DNA of 64,000 nt from Candidatus Saccharimonadota bacterium (GTDB lineage: Bacteria; Patescibacteriota; Saccharimonadia; Saccharimonadales; OFTM59), in assembly GCA_029260855.1 (NCBI GenBank), contig JAJDCK010000001.1, positions 1,705 to 65,704 of the forward strand, read 5' to 3'. The position numbers and the translations under genes are program-made. The notes under the pieces are model-generated. The model was not told where the DNA came from. It was given only the letters and a program-made list of their open reading frames with translations, and searched no databases. Shown piece after piece: positions 37,534-45,654 of the stretch (position 1 is its first letter; every line of letters starts with the position of its first letter).

Positions 37534-37716
37534 CTTTGCGAAGCAAAGTTTGGCGCCCCCTCCCAAACAGCGGACTAAAGTCCTCTTTCGCTCAGTCATG
37601 CTCAGAGTAAACTTTTGCGCGCGACTTCGCTTCACCGACTGGTCGCTACGCGACCTTCCAGTTCGAGCCTGTGCGGCCATATAAATATTACAGTCTGATG
37701 ACTGAAATATTTATAA

Positions 37717-37792
37717 TGGTGGCTCCTCCCAGACTCGAACTGGGGACACAAGGCTCTTCAAGCCTCTGCTCTACCAACTGAGCTAAAGAGCC
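37717..37792 (-). tRNA. tRNA-Phe(GAA)
   Basis: Acceptor GGCTCTT/AGGAGCC, D-arm GCTC-AGTTGGTA-GAGC, anticodon loop TTGAAGA, encoded CCA. Confidence 0.88.
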
Positions 37793-37816
37793 ACGTCGGA
37801 ACCGATGGCCAGCTTA

Positions 37817-37838
37817 CACAAAAGCCATTGTTGGCTTT
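37817..37838 (-). terminator. intrinsic terminator downstream of the SPFH-MazG operon
   Basis: On the minus strand: AAAGCCA-ACAA-TGGCTTT followed by TTGTGT. Confidence 0.45.
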
Positions 37839-37945
37839 CGTTCCATCTTCTGGTCGATTCCTCCTCACAATTTTCCATACAGTCGCCTAATGGCTCCATG
37901 GTTTGAAAAATTGGCTAGGACAAGGGTTATTCTACTTCAAAGAGG

Positions 37946-38284
37946 CTATTTCTTCAAGAAGTGTTTCTTTTTGAAGCGGCCCTTGTCCCGACTTTCTAGT
38001 TTCGCTATTGAGTTTTCTAGCGCTGCATCCAGATCTATGCCTTCACTGTTAGCAACACAAATAATGCTGTATATAATATCGGCCAGCTCGTCAGCCAGGT
38101 CTTCGTGCTCTTCGTCTGCCTTTTTGGGTTTGTCGCCATATTTGTGATTAAGGATCCGCGAGACCTCACCAACCTCTTCTATGATTCGGGCCAGCTGACT
38201 TAACTGATGCCAATAAGGTTTTTCGTAGGCCTGCAATTCATCGTCAACTTGTTTCTGGTAACCTTTTAAGTTCATATGGCTCAT
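37946..38284 (-). CDS. MazG-like nucleotide pyrophosphohydrolase
   Basis: EEVGEVSRIL ... DELADIIYSIICVAN, characteristic of small MazG-family proteins. Confidence 0.75.
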   Translation of the reverse strand: MSHMNLKGYQKQVDDELQAYEKPYWHQLSQLARIIEEVGEVSRILNHKYGDKPKKADEEHEDLADELADIIYSIICVANSEGIDLDAALENSIAKLESRDKGRFKKKHFLKK

Positions 38285-38285
38285 T

Positions 38286-39029
38286 TTATTGCTTGTTTTG
38301 GCGTAGAACGTCTATGAGCTCCATCGGGAACGCAAAGAATGTCTTCTGGGAGGGTTCCGCAGAAATACGCTCTAAGGTGTTCAACGTACGGAGGTTAATT
38401 GCACCTGGCGTACCACTAAGCAACTTTGCTGCATCCGCCAGCGTCTGGGCCACCATTCGTTCAGCGTCGGCGTTAATAACGTTTGCACGTCGCTCACGCT
38501 CAGCCTCAGCCTGCTTTGCCATAGCCCGTTTCATATCCTGTGGCAGTTCAATGTTTTGAAGTTTGACGTTTTCAACATCTATACCCCATTTGTCGGTCTC
38601 AGCGTCTACAATTTTTTTAATCTGCATGCTGATTTCTTCTCGCTTTCCTAGAAGTTCGTCTAGCTCAACATTACCCACTACGTCGCGAAGCGCAGCTTGT
38701 GCGAACTGTGAAGTAGCATAGGTGTAGTTAGTCGTCTCAAGAACCGCCCTAGCTGGGTCAATTACCCTGAAGTAAACAACCGCGTCTACGCCAATAGTGA
38801 CGTTGTCTTTGGTAATAACTTCTTGCTTAGGCACATCAACCGGCGTGGAGCGTACATCAACTTTTCTTATGATCTGTATAACGGGGATAATGATATTAAA
38901 GCCGGGGCTACGTATACCCGTAAACTTACCCAGAGTCAGGACAATGCCGCGCTCGTATTGATTAATAATACGGATCCCGTTGATCAGTATTATGGTTATA
39001 AAAATTAGTGCGGTAGAGATTATAAACAT
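38286..39029 (-). CDS. SPFH/band-7 (stomatin/HflC-like) membrane protein
   Basis: N-terminal TM helix, then an SPFH core (YERGIVLTLGKF ... ALRDVVG) and a coiled C-terminus. Confidence 0.88.
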   Translation of the reverse strand: MFIISTALIFITIILINGIRIINQYERGIVLTLGKFTGIRSPGFNIIIPVIQIIRKVDVRSTPVDVPKQEVITKDNVTIGVDAVVYFRVIDPARAVLETTNYTYATSQFAQAALRDVVGNVELDELLGKREEISMQIKKIVDAETDKWGIDVENVKLQNIELPQDMKRAMAKQAEAERERRANVINADAERMVAQTLADAAKLLSGTPGAINLRTLNTLERISAEPSQKTFFAFPMELIDVLRQNKQ

Positions 39030-39057
39030 AGCACCCTAAGACCTCCGTTATGTTCTT

Positions 39058-39086
39058 ATTGTAGGTTTATTCTGTTAAGTTGCCAA
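39058..39086 (-). promoter_or_regulatory. putative promoter of the SPFH-MazG operon
   Basis: On the minus strand: TTGGCA, 17 nt, TACAAT, about 28 nt upstream of the start codon. Confidence 0.45.
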
Positions 39087-39196
39087 AAGATTTTATTTTT
39101 ATCCATGCCATGTCTTCTTCTACCACTACTCAGCACGCCACGTTCTTTAGTTTTTCATATCAATACCTTGTGGGCTGCCGCCTATAAGTATTGGTA

Positions 39197-39220
39197 ATAA
39201 AAAAGCCTGCTCCTTGCAGG
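39197..39220 (-). terminator. intrinsic terminator after the tRNA-Val 3'-end duplicate
   Basis: On the minus strand: CCTGC-AAGGA-GCAGG followed by CTTTTTTATT. Confidence 0.6.
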
Positions 39221-39228
39221 TTATTTAT

Positions 39229-39247
39229 TTGGTGGGTGATGAGGGAC
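39229..39247 (-). repeat. 19-nt duplicate of the tRNA-Val 3' end (T-stem 3' strand, acceptor, CCA)
   Basis: ttggtgggtgatgagggac is identical to 39411-39429. Confidence 0.8.
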
Positions 39248-39378
39248 AGCAGACTCCGTCCTTTATCCGCTGCGGCATGCTCGGAGCAAACTCCTGCGCG
39301 TGTCCTCACTACAACGACCCCGACCTTTGCCAGCTAAAGCTGTCAAGTCGGAGAACCGCGTCTGATTACATAGCCAAT

Positions 39379-39402
39379 ATAAAAACCCCGTGTAATACGG
39401 GG
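39379..39402 (-). terminator. intrinsic terminator directly after tRNA-Val
   Basis: On the minus strand: CCCCG-TATTACA-CGGGG followed by TTTTTAT. Confidence 0.6.
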
Positions 39403-39411
39403 CCTTTATAT

Positions 39412-39488
39412 TGGTGGGTGATGAGGGACTCGAACCCCCGACCCTCTCGGTGTAAACGAGATGCTCTAGCCAACTGAGCTAATCACCC
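39412..39488 (-). tRNA. tRNA-Val(UAC)
   Basis: Acceptor GGGTGAT/ATCACCC, anticodon arm TCTCG-TTTACAC-CGAGA, T-loop TTCGAGT, encoded CCA. Confidence 0.9.
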
Positions 39489-39516
39489 TTGATTGTCAAT
39501 ATAATAGCACATCTTT

Positions 39517-39603
39517 TGGTGCGGATGAGAGGACTTGAACCTCCATGAGCCGAAGCCCACTAGCCCCTGAAGCTAGCGCGTCTACCAATTCCGCCACATC
39601 CGC
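39517..39603 (-). tRNA. tRNA-Leu(CAG)
   Basis: Acceptor GCGGATG/CATCCGC, anticodon arm CTAGC-TTCAGGG-GCTAG, 15-nt variable arm, encoded CCA. Confidence 0.9.
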
Positions 39604-39659
39604 ATACTGTAATCAATGGTTCAAGATGTAATTATAAAGGACTTGGTCACGTCCCGCGA

Positions 39660-39732
39660 CCCCGAAACTTCGCTATTGGCAACAAGTTGCCATCGGAAGA
39701 TTTCCTTGCGAAGTGCCACCGGCACTTCTCAC
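39660..39732 (-). repeat. structured module C (third copy of the 37359-37507 family)
   Basis: GTGAGA-AGTGC CGGTG GCACT-TCGCAAGGA-...TGGCAA CTTG TTGCCA...-TCGGGG. Confidence 0.75.
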
Positions 39733-39795
39733 CTCCATGAGCCGAAGCCCACTAGCCCCTGAAGCTAGCGCGTCTACCAATTCCGCCACATCCGC
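39733..39795 (-). pseudogene. truncated 5' copy of tRNA-Leu(CAG) (positions 1-63/65)
   Basis: Part of a 66-nt perfect direct repeat (39731-39796 equals 39539-39604). It lacks the T-loop and the 3' acceptor strand. Confidence 0.85.
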
Positions 39796-39851
39796 ATTTT
39801 AGAGCAGCTGAGGATTGAACTTTACAATCTTACGAGGTATAAGCACAAAAC

Positions 39852-40139
39852 TCAAGCGTGGGGTGGAACTTTAGTATGCTTCTTCGAAAGTCGTCTACGC
39901 TCGTGAATGGACGTAATACCACGCAGGGCTACGATGACCCACACAACATCAAGCACGACGCTGATGTGTGCACTGCGGTTTAGGTTGTAGATCATCAACA
40001 ACCCAGCACCGAGCAAGTTATCTAGCTCATACCAGAACGATGTGTTTGTCCACCGTCCTATACTGGTCCTATAAAAACCAAACAATATCAGAGCTGCACC
40101 AGTAGTACCTATAAATGTAAGCAAAGCATCGGACATCAA
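39852..40139 (-). CDS. small three-TM membrane protein
   Basis: 95 aa with three hydrophobic helices and a basic C-terminus. Confidence 0.5.
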   Translation of the reverse strand: MMSDALLTFIGTTGAALILFGFYRTSIGRWTNTSFWYELDNLLGAGLLMIYNLNRSAHISVVLDVVWVIVALRGITSIHERRRLSKKHTKVPPHA

Positions 40140-40142
40140 TTA

Positions 40143-41780
40143 TTAGTTTCTCGGCATATGATCATACAGATGCTCCATTGAGTATTCTTGCCTGAGCAGT
40201 GGCTTGATGTCGTCAAGCTTTACGTTGATTTTTACACCTGGATTCAAGATGCCGTACGGATCAAACACCTGCTTAATCTTCTGGAAAAGTTCATAAATGT
40301 CTGCTCCATACAGCTGCTCAAGGTAAGGTGCACGCAAACGCCCGTCGTTGTGCTCGCCACTAGTACTGCCACCCAGCGCTATAACCATCTTGTAGTACTC
40401 ATCAATCAGCTTAAACACCTTCTGGCGATCACCGACCTGGCCCAGGTCCAAAAACGGTTGCATGTGCAGATTTGCATTTCCGGCGTGGCCCCATAACGCA
40501 GATCGTAGATGATAACGGCCAAATAATTCGTAAACATTTTGAATGTATTTTTGAAAATTTTCAACCGGTACTATGCCGTCCTCAATAATGGGCAAGGCTC
40601 GAAGATTGCCCTCTGTATGAGCTATGAGGGCGGCGGCACTGTGTCTAATCTTCCAAAGATCTTCTTTTTTTTCCGGAGTCTTTTCTACTTGATATGTCAC
40701 CTGATACTTACTTAATATTTTTATTGTTTTTTTTGTGAGCCGCTTTTGTGTGCGGTCATTTGGGTTATCGAACTCTACCAACAAAACAAGCTTCGGAAAG
40801 GGCGCGTCAACAATACCTTTAAGCTGGTTCGGGTTATGTTCGTGCAAAAAGTTCAGCAGATTTTCGTCAACCATTTCAATTGCGCTCGGAGTTTCCGGAA
40901 GTTCGCGAAGCTCCATCACGACCTGTTCTGCTACTTGGATGTCGTCAAAAAAAGCTGCTATCAGAGTTGTGTCCGGGTTATAAACTTCTGTCTCCACCGT
41001 AGCTTCTGTAACAATTGCCAGGGTACCTTGCGAGCCAACAATAAGTGGCGTCAGATCAAACGAGCCATCTTTGCGTTTGACTTCTGACAGCGCGTATCCA
41101 GCAGAGTTCTTGCTTACGCCGATTACAGACTTGCTGATAATTGCTTTATTATCTTCTATTAGCGTGTCAATGCTACGATAAACCTCGCCTTCAAAAGTCG
41201 CCAGGCCAAGTTTTTTGTTAAGCTCCCTTTTGTTCAAGCGACGCGTTTCTATAATTTCACCGTTGGCCAGAACGACCCTTAATGCTTTGACATAGTCACG
41301 AGTGCTACCATATTTGATGGTTTTCTCGCCGGAAGCGTTATTAGCTACAGCGCCGCCTAACGTACAGTACTCAATTGAGGACGGAAATGGTGGCAAAAAA
41401 CGGTTATGTGTATGTAGTGCTTGTTGCATTTTGCCATAATTGATTCCGGGTTCAACTGTAATAGCCCCGCTCTTGCCGTCTAATTCGATAATGCGATTCA
41501 TGTGTGCCGGGAACACCACCATAATGCCAGCACCTAATGCGCCACCCGCCTGATCCGTGCCGGCTCCTCGGGCGGTAATAGGCACTACTCGACCACGCTC
41601 TGCCAGCTGCCAGCTAAATCTGGCGGTTTTACGCACATCATTTTCATTGCGCGGATAGACAATTATAGAAGGCGTAACGGTAAACACACCGCCGTCAGTG
41701 GAAAAATATTTACGAGCATCCGCGGAAGTTATAACTTCGCCAGTTAAGTGCTCTTGCAAGTAATGTGCAACTTTATTCAT
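40143..41780 (-). CDS. FAD-binding oxidoreductase (GlcD/D-lactate dehydrogenase family)
   Basis: FAD_binding_4 pattern (ARGAGTDQAGGALG, LGGAVANNASG) and a C-terminal FAD-oxidase domain (GSTSGEHNDGRLR). Confidence 0.85.
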   Translation of the reverse strand: MNKVAHYLQEHLTGEVITSADARKYFSTDGGVFTVTPSIIVYPRNENDVRKTARFSWQLAERGRVVPITARGAGTDQAGGALGAGIMVVFPAHMNRIIELDGKSGAITVEPGINYGKMQQALHTHNRFLPPFPSSIEYCTLGGAVANNASGEKTIKYGSTRDYVKALRVVLANGEIIETRRLNKRELNKKLGLATFEGEVYRSIDTLIEDNKAIISKSVIGVSKNSAGYALSEVKRKDGSFDLTPLIVGSQGTLAIVTEATVETEVYNPDTTLIAAFFDDIQVAEQVVMELRELPETPSAIEMVDENLLNFLHEHNPNQLKGIVDAPFPKLVLLVEFDNPNDRTQKRLTKKTIKILSKYQVTYQVEKTPEKKEDLWKIRHSAAALIAHTEGNLRALPIIEDGIVPVENFQKYIQNVYELFGRYHLRSALWGHAGNANLHMQPFLDLGQVGDRQKVFKLIDEYYKMVIALGGSTSGEHNDGRLRAPYLEQLYGADIYELFQKIKQVFDPYGILNPGVKINVKLDDIKPLLRQEYSMEHLYDHMPRN

Positions 41781-41901
41781 ACCCGTTACTGACTAGTATA
41801 CCCTCTATTAGCATTACCATATCTCTAGAGAAACATGATAGCACAGAAGACCAGCCACTAGGAAAATTGTCTTGGCATAAAAACTCTGTTTTTGAAAAAT
41901 T

Positions 41902-42423
41902 TTATTGAACTTTTTTAATAATTTTATCTACGATACGTTCAACTGGTTGAGTGGCGTCAATCATCGTAGCTCCATGTTGACGATAGGTGTCTTCTGATGA
42001 TTTATGCCAGCTTAAAACGGCTTCCTGTTCGTGCGGAGCAAATGCGAATTCTGTTGAGAGCCTATTTTTCATTCTTTGTCTAAGTGTAGCCTCGTCCAAG
42101 TACAGATAAACTAACTCACCAAATAAATCCAATACGACTTTGTCGTTTTGAGTTGTACCACACAAGAATATAGGCTTGTTTTGAGCTTGTTTTGCAAGTT
42201 GCTTAACGTGCTTTCTGTCCATCATATAATGACGGGTTTTGTGCCACTCTCTAGTCCGTCGCTCCGACGACCCGTTCCACTCGCTTTGTTCGCCAGTGAC
42301 CTTATCGTAGTAGTGGGCTATACCTTCATCAATATCACAAGCTTCGTATCCACGCCTCAATAGCTCTTTACACACTGTTGACTTTCCTGCAGTCTCAATA
42401 CCTGTTATGTATATTAAAGCCAT
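41902..42423 (-). CDS. P-loop NTPase/kinase-like protein
   Basis: Start taken at MALIYITGIETAGKSTV (Walker A). The longer track ORF reads into tRNA-Leu(GAG). Confidence 0.55.
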   Translation of the reverse strand: MALIYITGIETAGKSTVCKELLRRGYEACDIDEGIAHYYDKVTGEQSEWNGSSERRTREWHKTRHYMMDRKHVKQLAKQAQNKPIFLCGTTQNDKVVLDLFGELVYLYLDEATLRQRMKNRLSTEFAFAPHEQEAVLSWHKSSEDTYRQHGATMIDATQPVERIVDKIIKKVQ

Positions 42424-42457
42424 TTTCTCTTCAGTACCAAACCCTATGCTCCTATAT

Positions 42458-42544
42458 TGGTGCGCGAGAGAGGACTTGAACCTCCACGTCCTTGCGGACA
42501 CTAGAACCTCAATCTAGCCTGTCTACCAATTCCAGCACTCGCGC
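42458..42544 (-). tRNA. tRNA-Leu(GAG)
   Basis: Acceptor GCGCGAG/CTCGCGC, anticodon arm CTAGA-TTGAGGT-TCTAG, long variable arm, encoded CCA. Confidence 0.9.
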
Positions 42545-43219
42545 CAACAATGCCTTACTAGCATACGGATCTGTTCTGATGAAATCAATAAATTTAATCC
42601 GTTTTCTGCTAAGTGATAATGCATTTATATCCGCATACATGAATGCAAAAAGTTTTTGAGAATCCGTTTTAGCATAAGTTAGAGTTAAACCGCCTCTATT
42701 TGGCTTAATCTTACCCGGGCTAGTATTTACAAGCTCTGTATTCATGGTTTGAATCCATTGTAAAAATTTTGAGCTCGCATTTATGAACCCCGTGTAATAC
42801 ATAAAACTATTTGACCAACGCTTATCCCAATATCCATAGACCGTGCCGTCACCATCAAAATAACCTCTTAAAAAACCAGCGTAGTATTCGCTAGGTAGGA
42901 CAATCTTTCCCATCGTCTTGCTCTTGGCAGTTGTAAGGCCTGACAGTAGCAAAAAATCATAAAATGCTACATTACTAAACTGGAGGTGATAAGCCATGTT
43001 TCCGTAAGGGCTTTGCTTCGTCGAAACTTTGACATTCATACACATTATCTGTTGCACGATATCTATTATTTCTTTGTCTTTTGATGTCACGTTAATATGC
43101 CTACCGTTATTAATCAGGCAACCGTCTGCCGCAATAAGCCCCACGATATAGGCGAGTTCGGAGTTCCATGTATAAAACTTTTTATATTTATAACGGCTCA
43201 TGTATAAATAGTATACCAT
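42509..43219 (-). CDS. free-standing LAGLIDADG homing endonuclease
   Basis: Two LAGLIDADG motifs (LAYIVGLIAADGCL and FLRGYFDGDGTV). The last 12 codons (ARVLELVDRLD*) are encoded by nt 1-36 of tRNA-Leu(GAG). Confidence 0.8.
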   Translation of the reverse strand: MVYYLYMSRYKYKKFYTWNSELAYIVGLIAADGCLINNGRHINVTSKDKEIIDIVQQIMCMNVKVSTKQSPYGNMAYHLQFSNVAFYDFLLLSGLTTAKSKTMGKIVLPSEYYAGFLRGYFDGDGTVYGYWDKRWSNSFMYYTGFINASSKFLQWIQTMNTELVNTSPGKIKPNRGGLTLTYAKTDSQKLFAFMYADINALSLSRKRIKFIDFIRTDPYASKALLARVLELVDRLD

Positions 43220-43276
43220 TTAATATAACTTGCTCGGGAGACACCCAGCCACATACCACAATCTACCTACTACTTT

Positions 43277-45061
43277 CTACTCTTTGTTTGTCCTACCCTG
43301 ACGAATCATCCAGTTATGTACGTTGCTTAGACGGTCCGATGCGCTGTTTGCGGTTTTCACATCAAAGTTAAATAGGTTACCCCGAACTATATACAGCAAG
43401 CGGGGTTGGTACAGGGCCAATGCGGGGGCATCGTTTCGCCAAGCCTCTAGAAATGGCTTATATTTAACTGCTCTCAACTCGGGGTCAATCCTAGTGCGAC
43501 CACCTTCCAGCGCCTGGTCAGCGGGCACAGAGCTGTATTCGCTGAAATTTAAACGGTTAGTAGCCTGTGCCGCCCCCTGTGTGCTGTGCCAGTAAGCATA
43601 TACGTCCGGGTCTGCGCCCAGGCCAATCCCATTCAATAGAGCACCGTAGTTATGGTCCCTAACAATTGTTTGAAAATCTGTTTCTTCTTGTTGCTCAATT
43701 TTTACCTGCACGCCGACGCTATGCCAAGATTTTTGCAAGAATTGTGTAACATATGTAAATTCGCTGCTGTTCTGAGCCTGTAGGGTAAAGGTTAGCGGCT
43801 GCCCGTCTTTTGCTCGCACACCATTAACACCCCTTAGCCACCCCGCTTCATCTAGGAGCCGGTTAGCTTCTTCGGTGTTCGTTTCTAGCTGGACTAGTTT
43901 TCGGTCATACGCAACATGATTGCGTAAAAAGGGGCCGTCCGCCGCAATAGCTGGATAAGCTAGACCGTTTACTAGCTCTACCCTGTCTACTGCACGAACA
44001 AGCGCCTGCCGGACACGCACATCACCCAACTGCTCGTGCGAGATTCTGAAGAACACCATCACCGCCCCCGTTATAGGCACGCTGTATGCTTTAGTAGCTT
44101 CGGCCTGTTCCACAAAATCAGGCACACTATTAAGACCAACCATAGCGTTAACTTCTTTTTCCTCAAAACTCTTTAACAGCCGCTGGTCATCCCTAAAAGT
44201 ACGCACTATGAATCGCTGTAGTTTTGGGCTACCAGCATGGTAACGGCTGTTCGGAGACAAAGCTATACGCTCTTCGCGCTCCTCGGGCGTAGCGCCGCGA
44301 ACTTCAACCGTTTCCCACTTGAACGGGCCTGACCCTATCGGATTAGCGGTATTGAAATTCACAGAGCGTAGCTGGCTAACAGGCACGTCTTTGAGCAAGT
44401 GCTTTGGTACCAGCCCACTTGTTAACGAGTGCGGGAACGAAGCCAAAATATTCGGCAATGTAAATATGACCGTACTAGCATCAGGGGCTTCAACAGTGAT
44501 ACCTCGCCAACTAATAAACAGCGGAGACTTTGCATCAGGGTTCTGTATGAGTTGATAAGTAAATAAAATATCCTCCGAGGTGAGGGGTTGACCGTCGTGC
44601 CAAAAAAGCTGGTCCCTGAGCACCACAGTATACCGCCGGCCACTCTCGTCTACCGACCAGGACTTCGCTAGATCACCAACAAGTACACTTCGCTCGTCAT
44701 ACTTGAGTAATCCGGCAAAGATTAGACTTGAAACTGTTTTGTCCACCCCGGCTACTGCGTATATCGGGTTCGCGTTTGTGAATGAGCCAATAACACCCTC
44801 GGTATAAATTCCTCCAGGTACAGGGCGAAAATCACGGTAATACGAGCTCAGAGCTCGTATCTCGGTAACAACAATACCTGCCAATAGGATTAGCAGCGTC
44901 ATCCAGCTAATAACAAAACGACGCACCACATATAGTCTGCTAAGCCTACGGAAAAAATGCCGTTCTATTTGTTCCTCAGCCTGCTCACCGATATCTTCTA
45001 CCTGGCGACGCCTGTGTTTATAGCGTCTGCGCCAAATTAAACGCGTAGTTCTATTTATCAT
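43277..45061 (-). CDS. ABC transporter substrate-binding protein, family 5 (peptide/nickel), membrane-anchored
   Basis: N-terminal TM anchor followed by an SBP_bac_5-like body of about 500 aa. Confidence 0.8.
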   Translation of the reverse strand: MINRTTRLIWRRRYKHRRRQVEDIGEQAEEQIERHFFRRLSRLYVVRRFVISWMTLLILLAGIVVTEIRALSSYYRDFRPVPGGIYTEGVIGSFTNANPIYAVAGVDKTVSSLIFAGLLKYDERSVLVGDLAKSWSVDESGRRYTVVLRDQLFWHDGQPLTSEDILFTYQLIQNPDAKSPLFISWRGITVEAPDASTVIFTLPNILASFPHSLTSGLVPKHLLKDVPVSQLRSVNFNTANPIGSGPFKWETVEVRGATPEEREERIALSPNSRYHAGSPKLQRFIVRTFRDDQRLLKSFEEKEVNAMVGLNSVPDFVEQAEATKAYSVPITGAVMVFFRISHEQLGDVRVRQALVRAVDRVELVNGLAYPAIAADGPFLRNHVAYDRKLVQLETNTEEANRLLDEAGWLRGVNGVRAKDGQPLTFTLQAQNSSEFTYVTQFLQKSWHSVGVQVKIEQQEETDFQTIVRDHNYGALLNGIGLGADPDVYAYWHSTQGAAQATNRLNFSEYSSVPADQALEGGRTRIDPELRAVKYKPFLEAWRNDAPALALYQPRLLYIVRGNLFNFDVKTANSASDRLSNVHNWMIRQGRTNKE

Positions 45062-45064
45062 ATT

Positions 45065-45277
45065 CTAGGCAGCAACATGCAGGACAAGGGAGGCAGCGAA
45101 CACAAAAGCCAGAATAATTGTTGCTTGATGTAGTGTTCGGTCGGAACCCCTCCTGACGGTGTTGACTTCCGCACTCCCGCCAAGTCCGGCCCCCAGGCTT
45201 GCTCCGCGTGTCTGAATTAGAATAAAGATAGTCAATAAGATTCCCGAGATGATGGTGAGTAGGTTGTAAATGCTCAT
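45065..45277 (-). CDS. secG: preprotein translocase subunit SecG
   Basis: 70 aa, two TM helices, and LIQTRGASLGAGLGG typical of SecG. Confidence 0.7.
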   Translation of the reverse strand: MSIYNLLTIISGILLTIFILIQTRGASLGAGLGGSAEVNTVRRGSDRTLHQATIILAFVFAASLVLHVAA

Positions 45278-45636
45278 CGTTCCTCCAAAATAGTCGTCAC
45301 CAAATAGTTTACCAGTCCTATAACGATACCCGCAATTATCGCCGAGGTAAAGCTCGTTACATACAGCTCCGGATATAACCGGCTAACTATGGCGACCATA
45401 AGTCCATTTACTACAATCATAAAAAGCCCAAGGCTGAATAGAATTGCGGGCAAAGATAAAATAATAACTATGGGTTTTATGATGCTGTTTACTATGGCAA
45501 GAATAAGCCCTGCTATTATGATGACCCCGATACGGCTATCGTATGTGATACCACTAAAAAGACCAGCGGCTACCCACAGCCCGAGGCTACATACGAACCA
45601 GCGCACAGCAAATCGATACATTCCACTATGTGACAT
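45274..45636 (-). CDS. holin superfamily IV-like (YvlD/PF04020-type) membrane protein
   Basis: 120 aa, 4 TM helices, with the characteristic IINSIIKPIV..LSLP pattern. Confidence 0.65.
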   Translation of the reverse strand: MSHSGMYRFAVRWFVCSLGLWVAAGLFSGITYDSRIGVIIIAGLILAIVNSIIKPIVIILSLPAILFSLGLFMIVVNGLMVAIVSRLYPELYVTSFTSAIIAGIVIGLVNYLVTTILEER

Positions 45637-45654
45637 AATCCCGCCTATTGTAAT

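Noticed and set aside
37655-37679. Plus-strand T-arm-like sequence CCAGTTCGAGCCTGTGCGGCCA, a possible opposite-strand tRNA remnant
   Set aside because: The T-stem has only 3 bp, and there is no matching acceptor 5' strand or CCA. It is too degenerate to call, though it may be another tRNA scrap.
37695-37707. CTGATGA...GAAA, resembling the hammerhead ribozyme core
   Set aside because: Only 2 nt separate the two boxes, so stem II is absent and no flanking stems I/III exist. It is better explained as part of the hairpin CAGTC-ATCA-GACTG after tRNA-Phe.
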